Part shown: piece after piece, positions 1 through 8,873 of the stretch | Numbering within the stretch: position 1 is the stretch's first letter | Layout of the letters: each line of letters opens with the position of its first letter | Origin: Clostridia bacterium | GTDB lineage: Bacteria; Bacillota; Clostridia; Christensenellales; QALW01 | Direction: 5' to 3' | DNA length: 64,000 bases | Assembly (NCBI GenBank): GCA_045541035.1 | Contig: JAZQII010000057.1 | Coordinates: forward strand, 708 to 64,707 | Notes under the pieces: generated by a model | Databases searched by the model: none | What the model was told of the DNA's origin: nothing | Seen by the model: the letters and a program-made list of their open reading frames with translations, nothing else | Translations under genes and position numbers: made by a program

Positions 1-447
1 AATTTGGGCATAAGCGGAATACGAAACGAAAACGAAGAATTTAAAAGTAATTATCGTTTTATCAAAAAAATCCACTGTGCGTTTATAGACTACTGTATCG
101 AAATTTACGGAATTGATGAACCGGAAATTTTCTCAACGTTAAAGGATTGGTGTTATCTTTATTTCAAGTACGAAGACAATGGTAAAGAATTCATCAATCA
201 AGAGTTAGGCATAAGTGAATATTCGTGTGCAAAAGATGGCGGCGAATTTCCGTTATATGAGTGTCTCGAGTGCAATGAAGAACAACTTGTTTATGTTGCC
301 GAAGAAGAAAAATTTCATTGTTTCCATTGCGGAGCAGATTTTACAACGTCTGATATATCATTTTGTTCTGAATGTGGCGAAATAATGAGAAATAATGAAT
401 CTTGTATCTGTGATGCCTGCTTTGAACTTAAAATGGATAAAGATTGA
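1..447 (+). CDS. hypothetical protein, 5'-truncated by window edge, with C-terminal tandem zinc-ribbon motifs
   Basis: The frame is open from base 1. There are paired CxxC motifs (CLECN...CFHCG; CSECG...CICDAC). The stop lies 32 nt before the next same-strand gene. Confidence 0.55.
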   Translation, partial: NLGISGIRNENEEFKSNYRFIKKIHCAFIDYCIEIYGIDEPEIFSTLKDWCYLYFKYEDNGKEFINQELGISEYSCAKDGGEFPLYECLECNEEQLVYVAEEEKFHCFHCGADFTTSDISFCSECGEIMRNNESCICDACFELKMDKD

Positions 448-479
448 CATGCAAATGTAATAAAAAGGAGGGTAAATAA

Positions 480-1187
480 TTGAAAATACCATATAAAAAT
501 GAGCTTAATGAGTTGATACGATGGATATCAAATGCAAATGCTATTATTGGATCTTCAAGGCAAATTACCCATCTTGTTCAAGAAGTTCAGCAAGTGACTC
601 GTCTGATTACAGTTGTTTCCAATGGAATTCAAGAAGAGTATCCTTTTTATTCGAAACTGTTGCCCGAAGTAGCGTCTCGATTGTTTATGAATTTTATGGG
701 TTCGCTTAGGTTGAACACAGCAGCATTTGGAGAATTAGCTGTTATAATTAGGCATATTAATGAAGAGCCGGTTGATTTAAAGCTATGGGAAAACATACAC
801 CCAAGAATCCAAAAAATTTCAAAAGGTCTTTATGTTGATTCTTATTATGATTCTGCTGCAGAAAAGGCTATTAAAGAAGTAGAAACCAGATTGAGAGAAA
901 AGTTCAAAGAACTCAAACCAAGTGTTACCGTGCCAACAAAAGTGGGCGATATTATCGGTGCTTTGCTCACGGAAAATGGTGCGTTTAAGTTCTGCGATAC
1001 ATCTACCGCGAGTGGAAAGGATTATAGAAGGGGTGTACAAGCCCTATTTGAAGGAACTATGGCAGCATATCGAAATCCTTCTGCTCACGAAAACCTATCT
1101 CTTACAAAAAGAGAATCACTGGAACAAATTCTGTTGGCAAGTCAATTGATGTACATATTGGACAAGCCACAAATAATAACAAATTAG
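480..1187 (+). CDS. Hypoth_Ymh / TIGR02391-family protein
   Basis: An SD AAAGGAGGG precedes the TTG start. The C-terminal block FEGTMAAYRNPSAHENLSLTKRE matches the R-N-P-x-A-H core of the Ymh family as I remember it. Confidence 0.6.
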   Translation: MKIPYKNELNELIRWISNANAIIGSSRQITHLVQEVQQVTRLITVVSNGIQEEYPFYSKLLPEVASRLFMNFMGSLRLNTAAFGELAVIIRHINEEPVDLKLWENIHPRIQKISKGLYVDSYYDSAAEKAIKEVETRLREKFKELKPSVTVPTKVGDIIGALLTENGAFKFCDTSTASGKDYRRGVQALFEGTMAAYRNPSAHENLSLTKRESLEQILLASQLMYILDKPQIITN

Positions 1188-1205
1188 CCTGAACGAGGTG
1201 ATATA

Positions 1206-2231
1206 GTGGAGAAAAAAATAAACTGTCCAATTTGTAATGACGAGGCATTATCCTATCCGAATTACGATAAAAATACTGTTTTTTACACGTGCCCTGTTTG
1301 TGGCAGATATGAATTAGATGTTTTCCATAAAATAAACCACAATCATCTTGCTGCATATTTGGCACACAATTGTTTCAAGCATGGTATGATTGAATATCGT
1401 TATCATACAACATTGGATAAAGAACATTGTGATAAATATAAAGCTGATTTCGAAAACGGCGATCATACTCACGGACGTCCCGTACATATGGATGCTGACA
1501 TTATTGAAAACTGGTATCCCAAAACTTTCAGCGAACGAGTAGACTATATTCTTCTTTATTTGAATGACAAGATAAAACATATTGGTCAGCAAGTGTCTTT
1601 TGGGTACAACACCTTATTAAGTGCTATGTTTATCGATAGAAAAGATTACGATAAATCCCCTGCATATGATGTTGGAAAATGGGAACTTAGAAATAACGAA
1701 GATTGCGAACACGAGCTGCAATATATGCTTGATTACTTAGTTAAATGTTCCTATATCGAATATACCGAAGGGTCCAGTGAAGATGATTGGGTAGAGATAT
1801 CTATAACACCTGATGGATACTCAAGAATTGATCTGTTACAAAAAAGCACTTCTCACGGTCGTAAAGTTCTCGTTGCCATGAAATTTGGAGATGATACAAA
1901 AAATCTCCGAGAAGCAATTCGGAAAGGTATAAAAGAAGCCGGGTATAATGCTATATTTATTGATGAAGTTCAGCATAACGATTTTATCACTCCGGAATTG
2001 TTAAAACATATTCGTGATAGTAAATTTGTTGTGGTCGACTTAACACATCAAAACAACGGTGCTTATTTTGAGGAAGGATATGCAATGGGACTTGGCAAGT
2101 CTGTTATTCAGCTTTGTCAAAAGGATACATATTTGCATTTTGACATTGCTCAAAAGAATACAATTATGTGGGCTACAGAAGATGAAATTCCCGAAAGACT
2201 TACAAATAGAATTAAGGCAACGATAGATTGA
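1206..2231 (+). CDS. zinc-ribbon / winged-helix-like / nucleoside 2-deoxyribosyltransferase-like (TIR-like) domain protein
   Basis: An SD GAGGTG lies 5 nt before the GTG start. The N-terminus has CPICN...CPVCG. The C-terminus reads KVLVAMKFG...FVVVDLTHQNNGAYFEEGYAMGLGKSVIQLC...HFDIA, which resembles the catalytic-Glu loop of NDT/DNPH1 and COG4271-type TIR-like domains. Confidence 0.55.
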   Translation: MEKKINCPICNDEALSYPNYDKNTVFYTCPVCGRYELDVFHKINHNHLAAYLAHNCFKHGMIEYRYHTTLDKEHCDKYKADFENGDHTHGRPVHMDADIIENWYPKTFSERVDYILLYLNDKIKHIGQQVSFGYNTLLSAMFIDRKDYDKSPAYDVGKWELRNNEDCEHELQYMLDYLVKCSYIEYTEGSSEDDWVEISITPDGYSRIDLLQKSTSHGRKVLVAMKFGDDTKNLREAIRKGIKEAGYNAIFIDEVQHNDFITPELLKHIRDSKFVVVDLTHQNNGAYFEEGYAMGLGKSVIQLCQKDTYLHFDIAQKNTIMWATEDEIPERLTNRIKATID

Positions 2232-2240
2232 GCTACATAC

Positions 2241-2285
2241 ATAACAGGCACGAGAGGTTGACTCCCGTGCCTGTTATCATTTTGT
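2241..2285 (+). terminator. rho-independent terminator closing the three-gene operon
   Basis: 12-bp stem ATAACAGGCACG / CGTGCCTGTTAT (2241-2252 / 2266-2277) followed by a T-rich tail. Confidence 0.8.
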
Positions 2286-2378
2286 ATATTCGATTATAAG
2301 TTCATCGATGCTGTTTGTATACTTGCTTTGCTAATATATCATCATGATAATCTTTGATATTGTTTTCAGTCAAGTGCC

Positions 2379-3290
2379 TTAATATGTTTTCGTTATGAAA
2401 TAGTCTTCATCCAGTGCAGTTGCGCTTTCGAGTTGTTGAAACCCGTAAAACTTTTTACCGATTGCTGTTCTTGATATGTCACAGGTAATATCTACGTTCC
2501 ACCAAACACCGTCAAAATACACACGATTCCAAGTGTGGCGATCTGTGCTGTTTTTACGGGATATTCCGTCAACAGCGTAGCAAGAGATACCTTGACTACG
2601 GCAGAATACGGCGAACAGATGTGCAAAATCAAAGCAAAGTCCTTGCTTGGTTTGCAGTGTCTTGCGAACATCAAAGTATTGGAAGACTGGATAACAGTCG
2701 TAGTCATACTCGAAGTTGGCTATGATCCAATTATAAAAAGCCAGTACCTTTTCTTGATCGGTTTCACAATCGGCACAAATTTCGTCAGCAAGTTCTTCCG
2801 TTTGCGTGTCCCACAGGGTATCTCTACCGTTGGAAAGATAAGGGGCTTCCGGTTTGTAGACGAAATTATATGAGAAGAACAGAAGTACTGCAATAAATGC
2901 TGTTAGAACCAAGACACAAATTTTCGTCAGCAATTTATCCTTGCCGGAACTGTTATCGACTATACCAAAGTACATCATTTCGATAGCCGTTACCACAAAC
3001 GTCAGCATCGGCAGAAGCCTGCGGCAGGAAAAAGCGCTAACAATACTCATTATCATGACGAAAAATAGGACAATCAGCACGACCACCCGCATAGGTGTTG
3101 ACCGTATTTTCAGGACGAAAAATAAGGTCGGCAGTGCTGATAGCAAATACAATGTCACCAGCATCGGTGAAAGTACAAAAAAGTCTTTCAGATATATGCC
3201 CAACAGCAGATTGTATGCTGCCAGGATAAAAAAGAAAATAAAGCCGGATTTCGACTGCAATGTGATTGCAAATAATTTGGATATCTTCAC
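2379..3290 (-). CDS. polytopic membrane protein with C-terminal transglutaminase-like cysteine-protease domain
   Basis: The N-terminal half is hydrophobic and multi-TM. The C-terminal GLCFDFAHLF...DRHTWNRVYFDGVWWNVD has the Cys-His-Asp transglutaminase core pattern. Confidence 0.7.
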   Translation of the reverse strand: MKISKLFAITLQSKSGFIFFFILAAYNLLLGIYLKDFFVLSPMLVTLYLLSALPTLFFVLKIRSTPMRVVVLIVLFFVMIMSIVSAFSCRRLLPMLTFVVTAIEMMYFGIVDNSSGKDKLLTKICVLVLTAFIAVLLFFSYNFVYKPEAPYLSNGRDTLWDTQTEELADEICADCETDQEKVLAFYNWIIANFEYDYDCYPVFQYFDVRKTLQTKQGLCFDFAHLFAVFCRSQGISCYAVDGISRKNSTDRHTWNRVYFDGVWWNVDITCDISRTAIGKKFYGFQQLESATALDEDYFITKTY

Positions 3291-3714
3291 GATAAGTCCT
3301 CAATTCATTTGTAAATTCACATTGCAACAGTTCGTTTCCCAAATCTAAAACATAAGATTTTGATAATTTTTGCCCTTAATTTTGCCCTTATAATCTTTAG
3401 GGACAAGGGTAAAACGGTGTAACACCGTATAGTGGGATGAAATGAGTTGTTTGCGAAAACTCCTTTATTTTCAATGGTTTTAGAGCATTTTACTATGTGT
3501 TATGAACAGCCAATAACATCTCAAAAAATCTTGCTATTCAAATTCCAATTTATCAAATAGATGATATTTGTTTAGAAAAGAGTTTTAGGTTCTCCTAAAG
3601 ATTGGGAAATGTGCCGTACATTTTCCCTGCTTGCTACGGTATGAGACAAATATTAAACGGATGTGTAGAATTTCTGCGCATCCGTTTTACTATCTCAAGA
3701 GAAAATATTTTAAT

Positions 3715-3771
3715 AGTGATATTGTGAGACAGGTCTCATAGTGATATTTTGCCTAACGGCAAAGTGATATT
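3715..3771. repeat. three direct AGTGATATT repeats, the first two followed by a 5-6 bp hairpin
   Basis: AGTGATATT occurs at 3715, 3740 and 3763. The first two copies are followed by the palindromes TGAGAC-ag-GTCTCA and TTGCC-taac-GGCAA; after the third I find no convincing inverted repeat. Confidence 0.6.
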
Positions 3772-3798
3772 AAAACCTTGCGGTTTCAGCGGTTTTAT

Positions 3799-4869
3799 TT
3801 ATTTTATCCAACTTTCCCTATCCTGATAAAGTTCAATGTTTGTTTTTCCGTAAAAAGCCCATTGCATTTTCTGTGCAACAAGGGGATAATCGACTTTCCA
3901 ATACCATATGCCGTCAATGGTGGTACCCACCGCGCTTTCATCATCAGGGAAACTGTATTGCACCATATTATATTCAAGCCAGCCGTTTAAAAGCGCATCT
4001 GTTGCAAGGGACAGTAATTGTTCGGAAGTATATCCTGTGCGGATATATTTCGTTACTTCGCTAACAAGGGAAATAAGTTCGGTTTTACTTTGATTTTTTA
4101 TTTCGTTTAATATGGATTTTATTACTTGCTGCTGTCTGCCAACGCGGGCAGTATCACCGCCGGTCTGATGGCGAATGCGCATAAAGATAAGTGCCGTTGC
4201 GCCGTCAATTACGTTGGTTCCTGCCTTTACCTTCGTTCCCCAATAGGTGTTCATGTAATCGGCTTCGGTTTTAGTGATATTTACTTTTACTCCGCCCATT
4301 TTATCAATGATTTTAGGCAGCGAATAAAAGTTTACAAGAGCATAGTTATCAATTGATATTTTATAATACTTTTCAATAAGTTCTATCTGCATTTTAGGTC
4401 CGCCGTAGTTATTGGCATGGTGCAGTTTTTCAAAGGTCTTTTTGTTTCCGTGCTCCATATAGCAATACTGATCCCGCAGAACAGATGCAAGAGTAATGGT
4501 TTTTGTGTTATGATTTATGGAAACGATAACCATCGCATCTGCCCGCGAGTTTAAATTCATATCGGCTGAATCAACGTCAATCCCCAAAAGCAGAATATTA
4601 GTAACGTTTTCTTCGCTTGCAGGCTGACCGTTTTTCTGCCATGCAACTATTTTATCTTCCAAACTGCCCGTTTCATTTTCTCTTATCGTTCCTTCGTTTA
4701 TATTTACGCTCACGTTGGGATTATATACTTCTCCCGTCATTTCGCCTGTCAGATAAAGCCAGCCGCCGTAAAGAAGACCTATTAAAATTATCGCAACAGC
4801 CAGGGCGATTGCCACAGCCTTAAAAAATACCGTTACACCATCGTATTCTCTCAAAAAAGTCACCTGCAT
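3799..4869 (-). CDS. LCP (LytR-CpsA-Psr) family cell-envelope polymer ligase
   Basis: It has an N-terminal TM anchor. NILLLGIDVDS...SRADAMVIVSINHNTKTITLASVLRD is the typical LCP core. Confidence 0.8.
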   Translation of the reverse strand: MQVTFLREYDGVTVFFKAVAIALAVAIILIGLLYGGWLYLTGEMTGEVYNPNVSVNINEGTIRENETGSLEDKIVAWQKNGQPASEENVTNILLLGIDVDSADMNLNSRADAMVIVSINHNTKTITLASVLRDQYCYMEHGNKKTFEKLHHANNYGGPKMQIELIEKYYKISIDNYALVNFYSLPKIIDKMGGVKVNITKTEADYMNTYWGTKVKAGTNVIDGATALIFMRIRHQTGGDTARVGRQQQVIKSILNEIKNQSKTELISLVSEVTKYIRTGYTSEQLLSLATDALLNGWLEYNMVQYSFPDDESAVGTTIDGIWYWKVDYPLVAQKMQWAFYGKTNIELYQDRESWIK

Positions 4870-4961
4870 AATGGGCGCAAACGCCTCGTTTTATTATGAT
4901 GATTTTATTATAGTCCTTTTCACACAGTTAGTCAAGAAAATGCAATCGACATTTTCTAACC

Positions 4962-4990
4962 TTGACACACCGTTTTTTCGGGAGTATAAT
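4962..4990 (+). promoter_or_regulatory. consensus sigma-A promoter for the glycosyltransferase gene
   Basis: TTGACA (4962-4967), 17-nt spacer, TATAAT (4985-4990). GAGGTG SD, then TTG start at 5008. Confidence 0.7.
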
Positions 4991-5007
4991 ATTTACGAGG
5001 TGATTTT

Positions 5008-6108
5008 TTGAAAATACTTATACTTACTTGTAACACAGGACAAGGACACAACTCCACCGCAAATTCTATCAAGGAGAAGTTTCAGAAATACAATATACAA
5101 TGTGACAGCACCGACGCGCTTTCCTTTGTATCGAAAAATATGTCAGATTTTATCGGCAATATGCACACAAAATTATACCGTTATGCTCCCGTACTTTTTG
5201 ACCGCGGATATGAATTCGCAGAAAAATATCCGTCAGTTTTTGCCGATGATTCTGTTGCCTACAATTTTTTCTGTTTAGGTGTTGATAAATTAAAGTCTTT
5301 CGTTGAAGAAAATCAATACAGCGGTATTATCTGTGTGCACGTTTTTTCCGCGCTTATGGTAACGGAACTTATCAAAAAGCATTCGCTGAACTTAAAAACG
5401 GCATTTGTTGCAACGGACTATACCTGCTCTCCCGGCGTTGCCGAATCAAATATGGACGTCTATTTTATCCCCCACGAAAATCTTATAGGCGAATTTGTTG
5501 CCTGCGGAATAGCAGAAGAAAAACTGATTCCTTCAGGTATTCCGGTAAAAGATGCTTTTTATTATTCCGTTGATAAAAATCTTGCAAGGCGCGAACTTAA
5601 TATCCCCTATGATTCAAAACACATTCTTATGATGTGCGGAAGTATGGGTTGCGGTCCCATGGAAGATATTACCGAAAAACTTAAAGCCATAATGCCCGAT
5701 AACGTACATCTGACCGTTGTTTGCGGAACTAACGATAAACTTAAAAAGCGCATTGAAAAATTCCAATCAAAAAATATTGACGTTCTTGGCTTTGTTGACA
5801 GCGTTCCTCTGCTTATGGACAGCGCCGACCTTTACGTTACAAAAGCAGGCGGTTTAAGCGTAACGGAAGCCGCAACGAAGCGCCTTCCATTAGTGTTTAT
5901 TGATGCCGTTTCAGGTTGTGAAAGTTATAACAGATATTTCTTCCTTACTCACGGCATGGCTCTTGCTTCAAACGATCAGTCAAAACTGCCCCGCCTTATT
6001 TTAAAAAGGCTTCTTGATGAAAATGCATTAAAAAAACAGCAGGATATTATGCGCAAAGAATTTTACAAACACCCCGCCGAAATAATTTGTGATTTCTTTA
6101 TAAGATAA
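5008..6108 (+). CDS. MGDG-synthase / UgtP-like glycolipid glycosyltransferase (GT28 family)
   Basis: The N-terminal MKILILTCNTGQGHNSTA is typical of MGDG_synth-type diacylglycerol glycosyltransferases. The C-terminal half is GT-B-like (KAGGLSVTEA). Confidence 0.7.
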   Translation: MKILILTCNTGQGHNSTANSIKEKFQKYNIQCDSTDALSFVSKNMSDFIGNMHTKLYRYAPVLFDRGYEFAEKYPSVFADDSVAYNFFCLGVDKLKSFVEENQYSGIICVHVFSALMVTELIKKHSLNLKTAFVATDYTCSPGVAESNMDVYFIPHENLIGEFVACGIAEEKLIPSGIPVKDAFYYSVDKNLARRELNIPYDSKHILMMCGSMGCGPMEDITEKLKAIMPDNVHLTVVCGTNDKLKKRIEKFQSKNIDVLGFVDSVPLLMDSADLYVTKAGGLSVTEAATKRLPLVFIDAVSGCESYNRYFFLTHGMALASNDQSKLPRLILKRLLDENALKKQQDIMRKEFYKHPAEIICDFFIR

Positions 6109-6145
6109 AAAACAGTACACCTTTTTTGAAGGTGTACTGTTTTCA
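6107..6145. terminator. bidirectional intrinsic terminator
   Basis: 13-bp stem AACAGTACACCTT / AAGGTGTACTGTT (6111-6123 / 6129-6141), flanked by A and T runs, between convergent genes. Confidence 0.8.
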
Positions 6146-6937
6146 TTCAAACATCGTCGTCTTTTCCGATGGTGTTATGCCAAACATCTTCTTATATTGT
6201 TTATAAAAACCTGAATAATCATTAAATCCGCATTGAAATGCCGCTTCCGTTGCCGATTCGCCGTGCTGAATTTTCTGTTGTGCAAGAATCAGTTTTTTCT
6301 TTAAAATGTACCGATAAACAGATATATTCATATCTTTTTTAAAAGTTTGTGTTAAAGTGGAAACAGATACGTTTAACTTTTTTGAAAGTTCGCAAACGGA
6401 GATTTTGCCGCAAAGTTCTTCGTTGATTAACTCAATGGTTTTTGAGGTTATTTCCGAAGGTTTCCCTCCCTCTTTCACCGCTTGGTTATCCTTAGATACT
6501 TCATTTAACACAAGAGCCAATAAAGCGTGCATAAGAACTTGTTTTTCGTTATCTCCGCTTTTTGAATCAACGATTTCATTCATTTTATAAAACAGTTTTT
6601 TCTGCTCGCTGTCTGCTTCAATTACACGGGTTTCGTGCATACATTTTTTAATAAGATCTTCAAATTCAGGAATATCATAAAAACCGAATACGCATCTGTG
6701 ATATTCTTCATCTTTTTCATTTTTGAATTGGTGATAAGTTTCTTTGGGAATTATTATAGTTTGATAAGGTGAAAGAGGTATATGCTTTTCTTCTGTAAGA
6801 AAAGTCGTCTGACCGCCGACAAATAATAATATCTCATGATAATTATGAAATTCCCTTTCAGGATACGCGCTTGTGCCTTTTGCGTGCTTATAAGTACATT
6901 TTTGCCCATAAATGTGTTTTGAAAACTTTTCTTCCAC
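6143..6937 (-). CDS. AraC family transcriptional regulator (cupin sensor + HTH)
   Basis: The C-terminal dual-HTH pattern (ELSKKLNVSVSTLTQTFKK...GFNDYSGFYKQYKKMFGITPSE) is typical of AraC/XylS. Confidence 0.8.
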   Translation of the reverse strand: MEEKFSKHIYGQKCTYKHAKGTSAYPEREFHNYHEILLFVGGQTTFLTEEKHIPLSPYQTIIIPKETYHQFKNEKDEEYHRCVFGFYDIPEFEDLIKKCMHETRVIEADSEQKKLFYKMNEIVDSKSGDNEKQVLMHALLALVLNEVSKDNQAVKEGGKPSEITSKTIELINEELCGKISVCELSKKLNVSVSTLTQTFKKDMNISVYRYILKKKLILAQQKIQHGESATEAAFQCGFNDYSGFYKQYKKMFGITPSEKTTMFE

Positions 6938-7066
6938 TTATATCATCTCCAAAGTCATAATACACAATTTTTACTGAATTGTCAATATTATTTGTTATTT
7001 TTCCAATATACATTGCTTTTTCGATATGATAAAATATAAAAAAACAATCGAAAGAGGCGAATTTCT

Positions 7067-7828
7067 ATGAACACTTTATTTGACATTTCAGGCAAAAAAG
7101 CCATTGTTACAGGCGGCACCCGCGGACTTGGTTACAGCATGGCAGAAGCTCTTGCAGAAGCAGGTTGCGACGTAGTAATCATCGGTTCTTCTGACCGCGT
7201 TCATCAATCAGCAAAAAAGATGTGCGATAAAGGTCTTTCGTGCAAGGCAGTTCAGGCAGACCTTGCAAAAAAAGAAGAAAACTACCGTGCATTTAATGAA
7301 AGTCTTGAACTTCTTAACGGAGAAGTTGATATTTTGGTGAACTGTGCAGGCGTTATTCACCGTCAGCCTTCAGAAGAGTTCATTTATGACGGTTGGGAAT
7401 CTGTAATGAACGTAAACCTTAATTCCGTTTGGCTTCTTTGTCAGGAAGCAGGCAAAGTAATGCTTAAAAAAGGTTACGGAAAGATCATTAACGTTGCATC
7501 AATGCTTTCTTTCTTCGGCGGACAGACCGTTCCTTCATATGCCGCATCAAAAGGCGGTGTAATGCAACTTACCAAGGCTCTCAGTAACGAATGGGCAGGC
7601 AGAGGCATCAACGTAAACGCCATTGCTCCAGGTTACATGGAAACTGACCTTAACGCCGCGCTTATGGCAAACACCGAAAGATTTACCCAGATCAGCGCCC
7701 GTATTCCTGCAGGCCGTTGGGGCAAAGCTGATGACATGAAAGGTCTTACCGTGTTTTTAGCATCACACGCCAGCGATTACGTTTGCGGTGCCATCATTCC
7801 CGTTGACGGCGGATATCTTGTTAAGTAA
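7067..7828 (+). CDS. kduD: 2-dehydro-3-deoxy-D-gluconate 5-dehydrogenase-like SDR
   Basis: TGGTRGLG Rossmann motif. The long stretch GKIINVASMLSFFGG..VPSYAASKGGV...NVNAIAPGYM...RIPAGRWG...FLAS.ASDYV.G..I.VDGG closely resembles E. coli KduD from memory. Confidence 0.65.
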   Translation: MNTLFDISGKKAIVTGGTRGLGYSMAEALAEAGCDVVIIGSSDRVHQSAKKMCDKGLSCKAVQADLAKKEENYRAFNESLELLNGEVDILVNCAGVIHRQPSEEFIYDGWESVMNVNLNSVWLLCQEAGKVMLKKGYGKIINVASMLSFFGGQTVPSYAASKGGVMQLTKALSNEWAGRGINVNAIAPGYMETDLNAALMANTERFTQISARIPAGRWGKADDMKGLTVFLASHASDYVCGAIIPVDGGYLVK

Positions 7829-7839
7829 GGAGTTTTATT

Positions 7840-8862
7840 ATGAAAGCATTAGTATGGACCGAAAAAGAAAAAGTTGTTATGGAAGAACGTTCCATGCCCG
7901 ATTACAGCGGTAAAGTTTTAATTAAAGTTGCATATGCGGGCATCTGCGGTTCTGACGTAAGCATTTATTTAGGCAAGCACCCCCGCGCAAAAACTCCTCT
8001 TGTTATGGGCCATGAGTTTACGGGCACCGTTCACGCCATTGACGAAAATGTAAACACCACACTTAAAGTCGGTGACAGAGTTGTTGTTAATCCCCTTTAT
8101 TTCTGCGGACGTTGCCGTGCCTGCCTTAACGGAAACACTCACGTTTGCAAGACTTTACGTTTTTACGGCATAGATACCGACGGCGGAATGGCAGAATATG
8201 CCGCTATTCCCGAAAGTTGTTTATTAAAATTACCTGATGATCTTGATTTTAAATTGGCTACTTTAATTGAGCCAACTGCAGTTGTCGTTCACGGTCTTCG
8301 CATGATCAAGAAAATGTTCCATGGCTCTGCCGCAGTTATCGGTCTTGGCCCAATGGGACTTTTAAGCGCATTGATGCTTAAAGACAGCGGTGTAAGCAAA
8401 TTATTCTGTATTGAAACACAGCAAGCACGTATTGAAATGGCAAAATCATTGGGTCTTGACGTTATAAATCCCTTGACTGACGACGTTAAAGAGTATATTT
8501 ATTCTAATACCGATGATGAGGGCGTTGACATTTTAGTTGAAGCAAGCGGCAGTCCCGCGGCAGCGAAAATGATGACGGATATTACCGGTGTCCGCGGCGA
8601 GATTCTTTTGTTAAGCGTATTTAAAGAGCCTTCCGCCGTTGATCTTCGCGCCATCAATTTTAAAGAACAACAAATTATCGGCACTCGTGTTTATACAAGT
8701 CTTGATTATAAAGATGCCATTGACTACTTAAAGTCCTTTGGTGAAAAACTTGCTCCCGTAATCTCCCACGTTTTGCCTTTAGAAGAAGGTCAGGAAGTTT
8801 TCCAGGAAATCATCAGCGGAAAAACAAACACTATGAAAGTTTTACTTAAAGTATCAGATTAG
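7840..8862 (+). CDS. zinc-dependent medium-chain alcohol/polyol dehydrogenase
   Basis: GICGSDV...GHEFTG catalytic-Zn motif, structural-Zn cluster CGRCRACLNGNTHVC, and the GLGPMGL nucleotide loop. Confidence 0.8.
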   Translation: MKALVWTEKEKVVMEERSMPDYSGKVLIKVAYAGICGSDVSIYLGKHPRAKTPLVMGHEFTGTVHAIDENVNTTLKVGDRVVVNPLYFCGRCRACLNGNTHVCKTLRFYGIDTDGGMAEYAAIPESCLLKLPDDLDFKLATLIEPTAVVVHGLRMIKKMFHGSAAVIGLGPMGLLSALMLKDSGVSKLFCIETQQARIEMAKSLGLDVINPLTDDVKEYIYSNTDDEGVDILVEASGSPAAAKMMTDITGVRGEILLLSVFKEPSAVDLRAINFKEQQIIGTRVYTSLDYKDAIDYLKSFGEKLAPVISHVLPLEEGQEVFQEIISGKTNTMKVLLKVSD

Positions 8863-8873
8863 AGGAACTTAAC

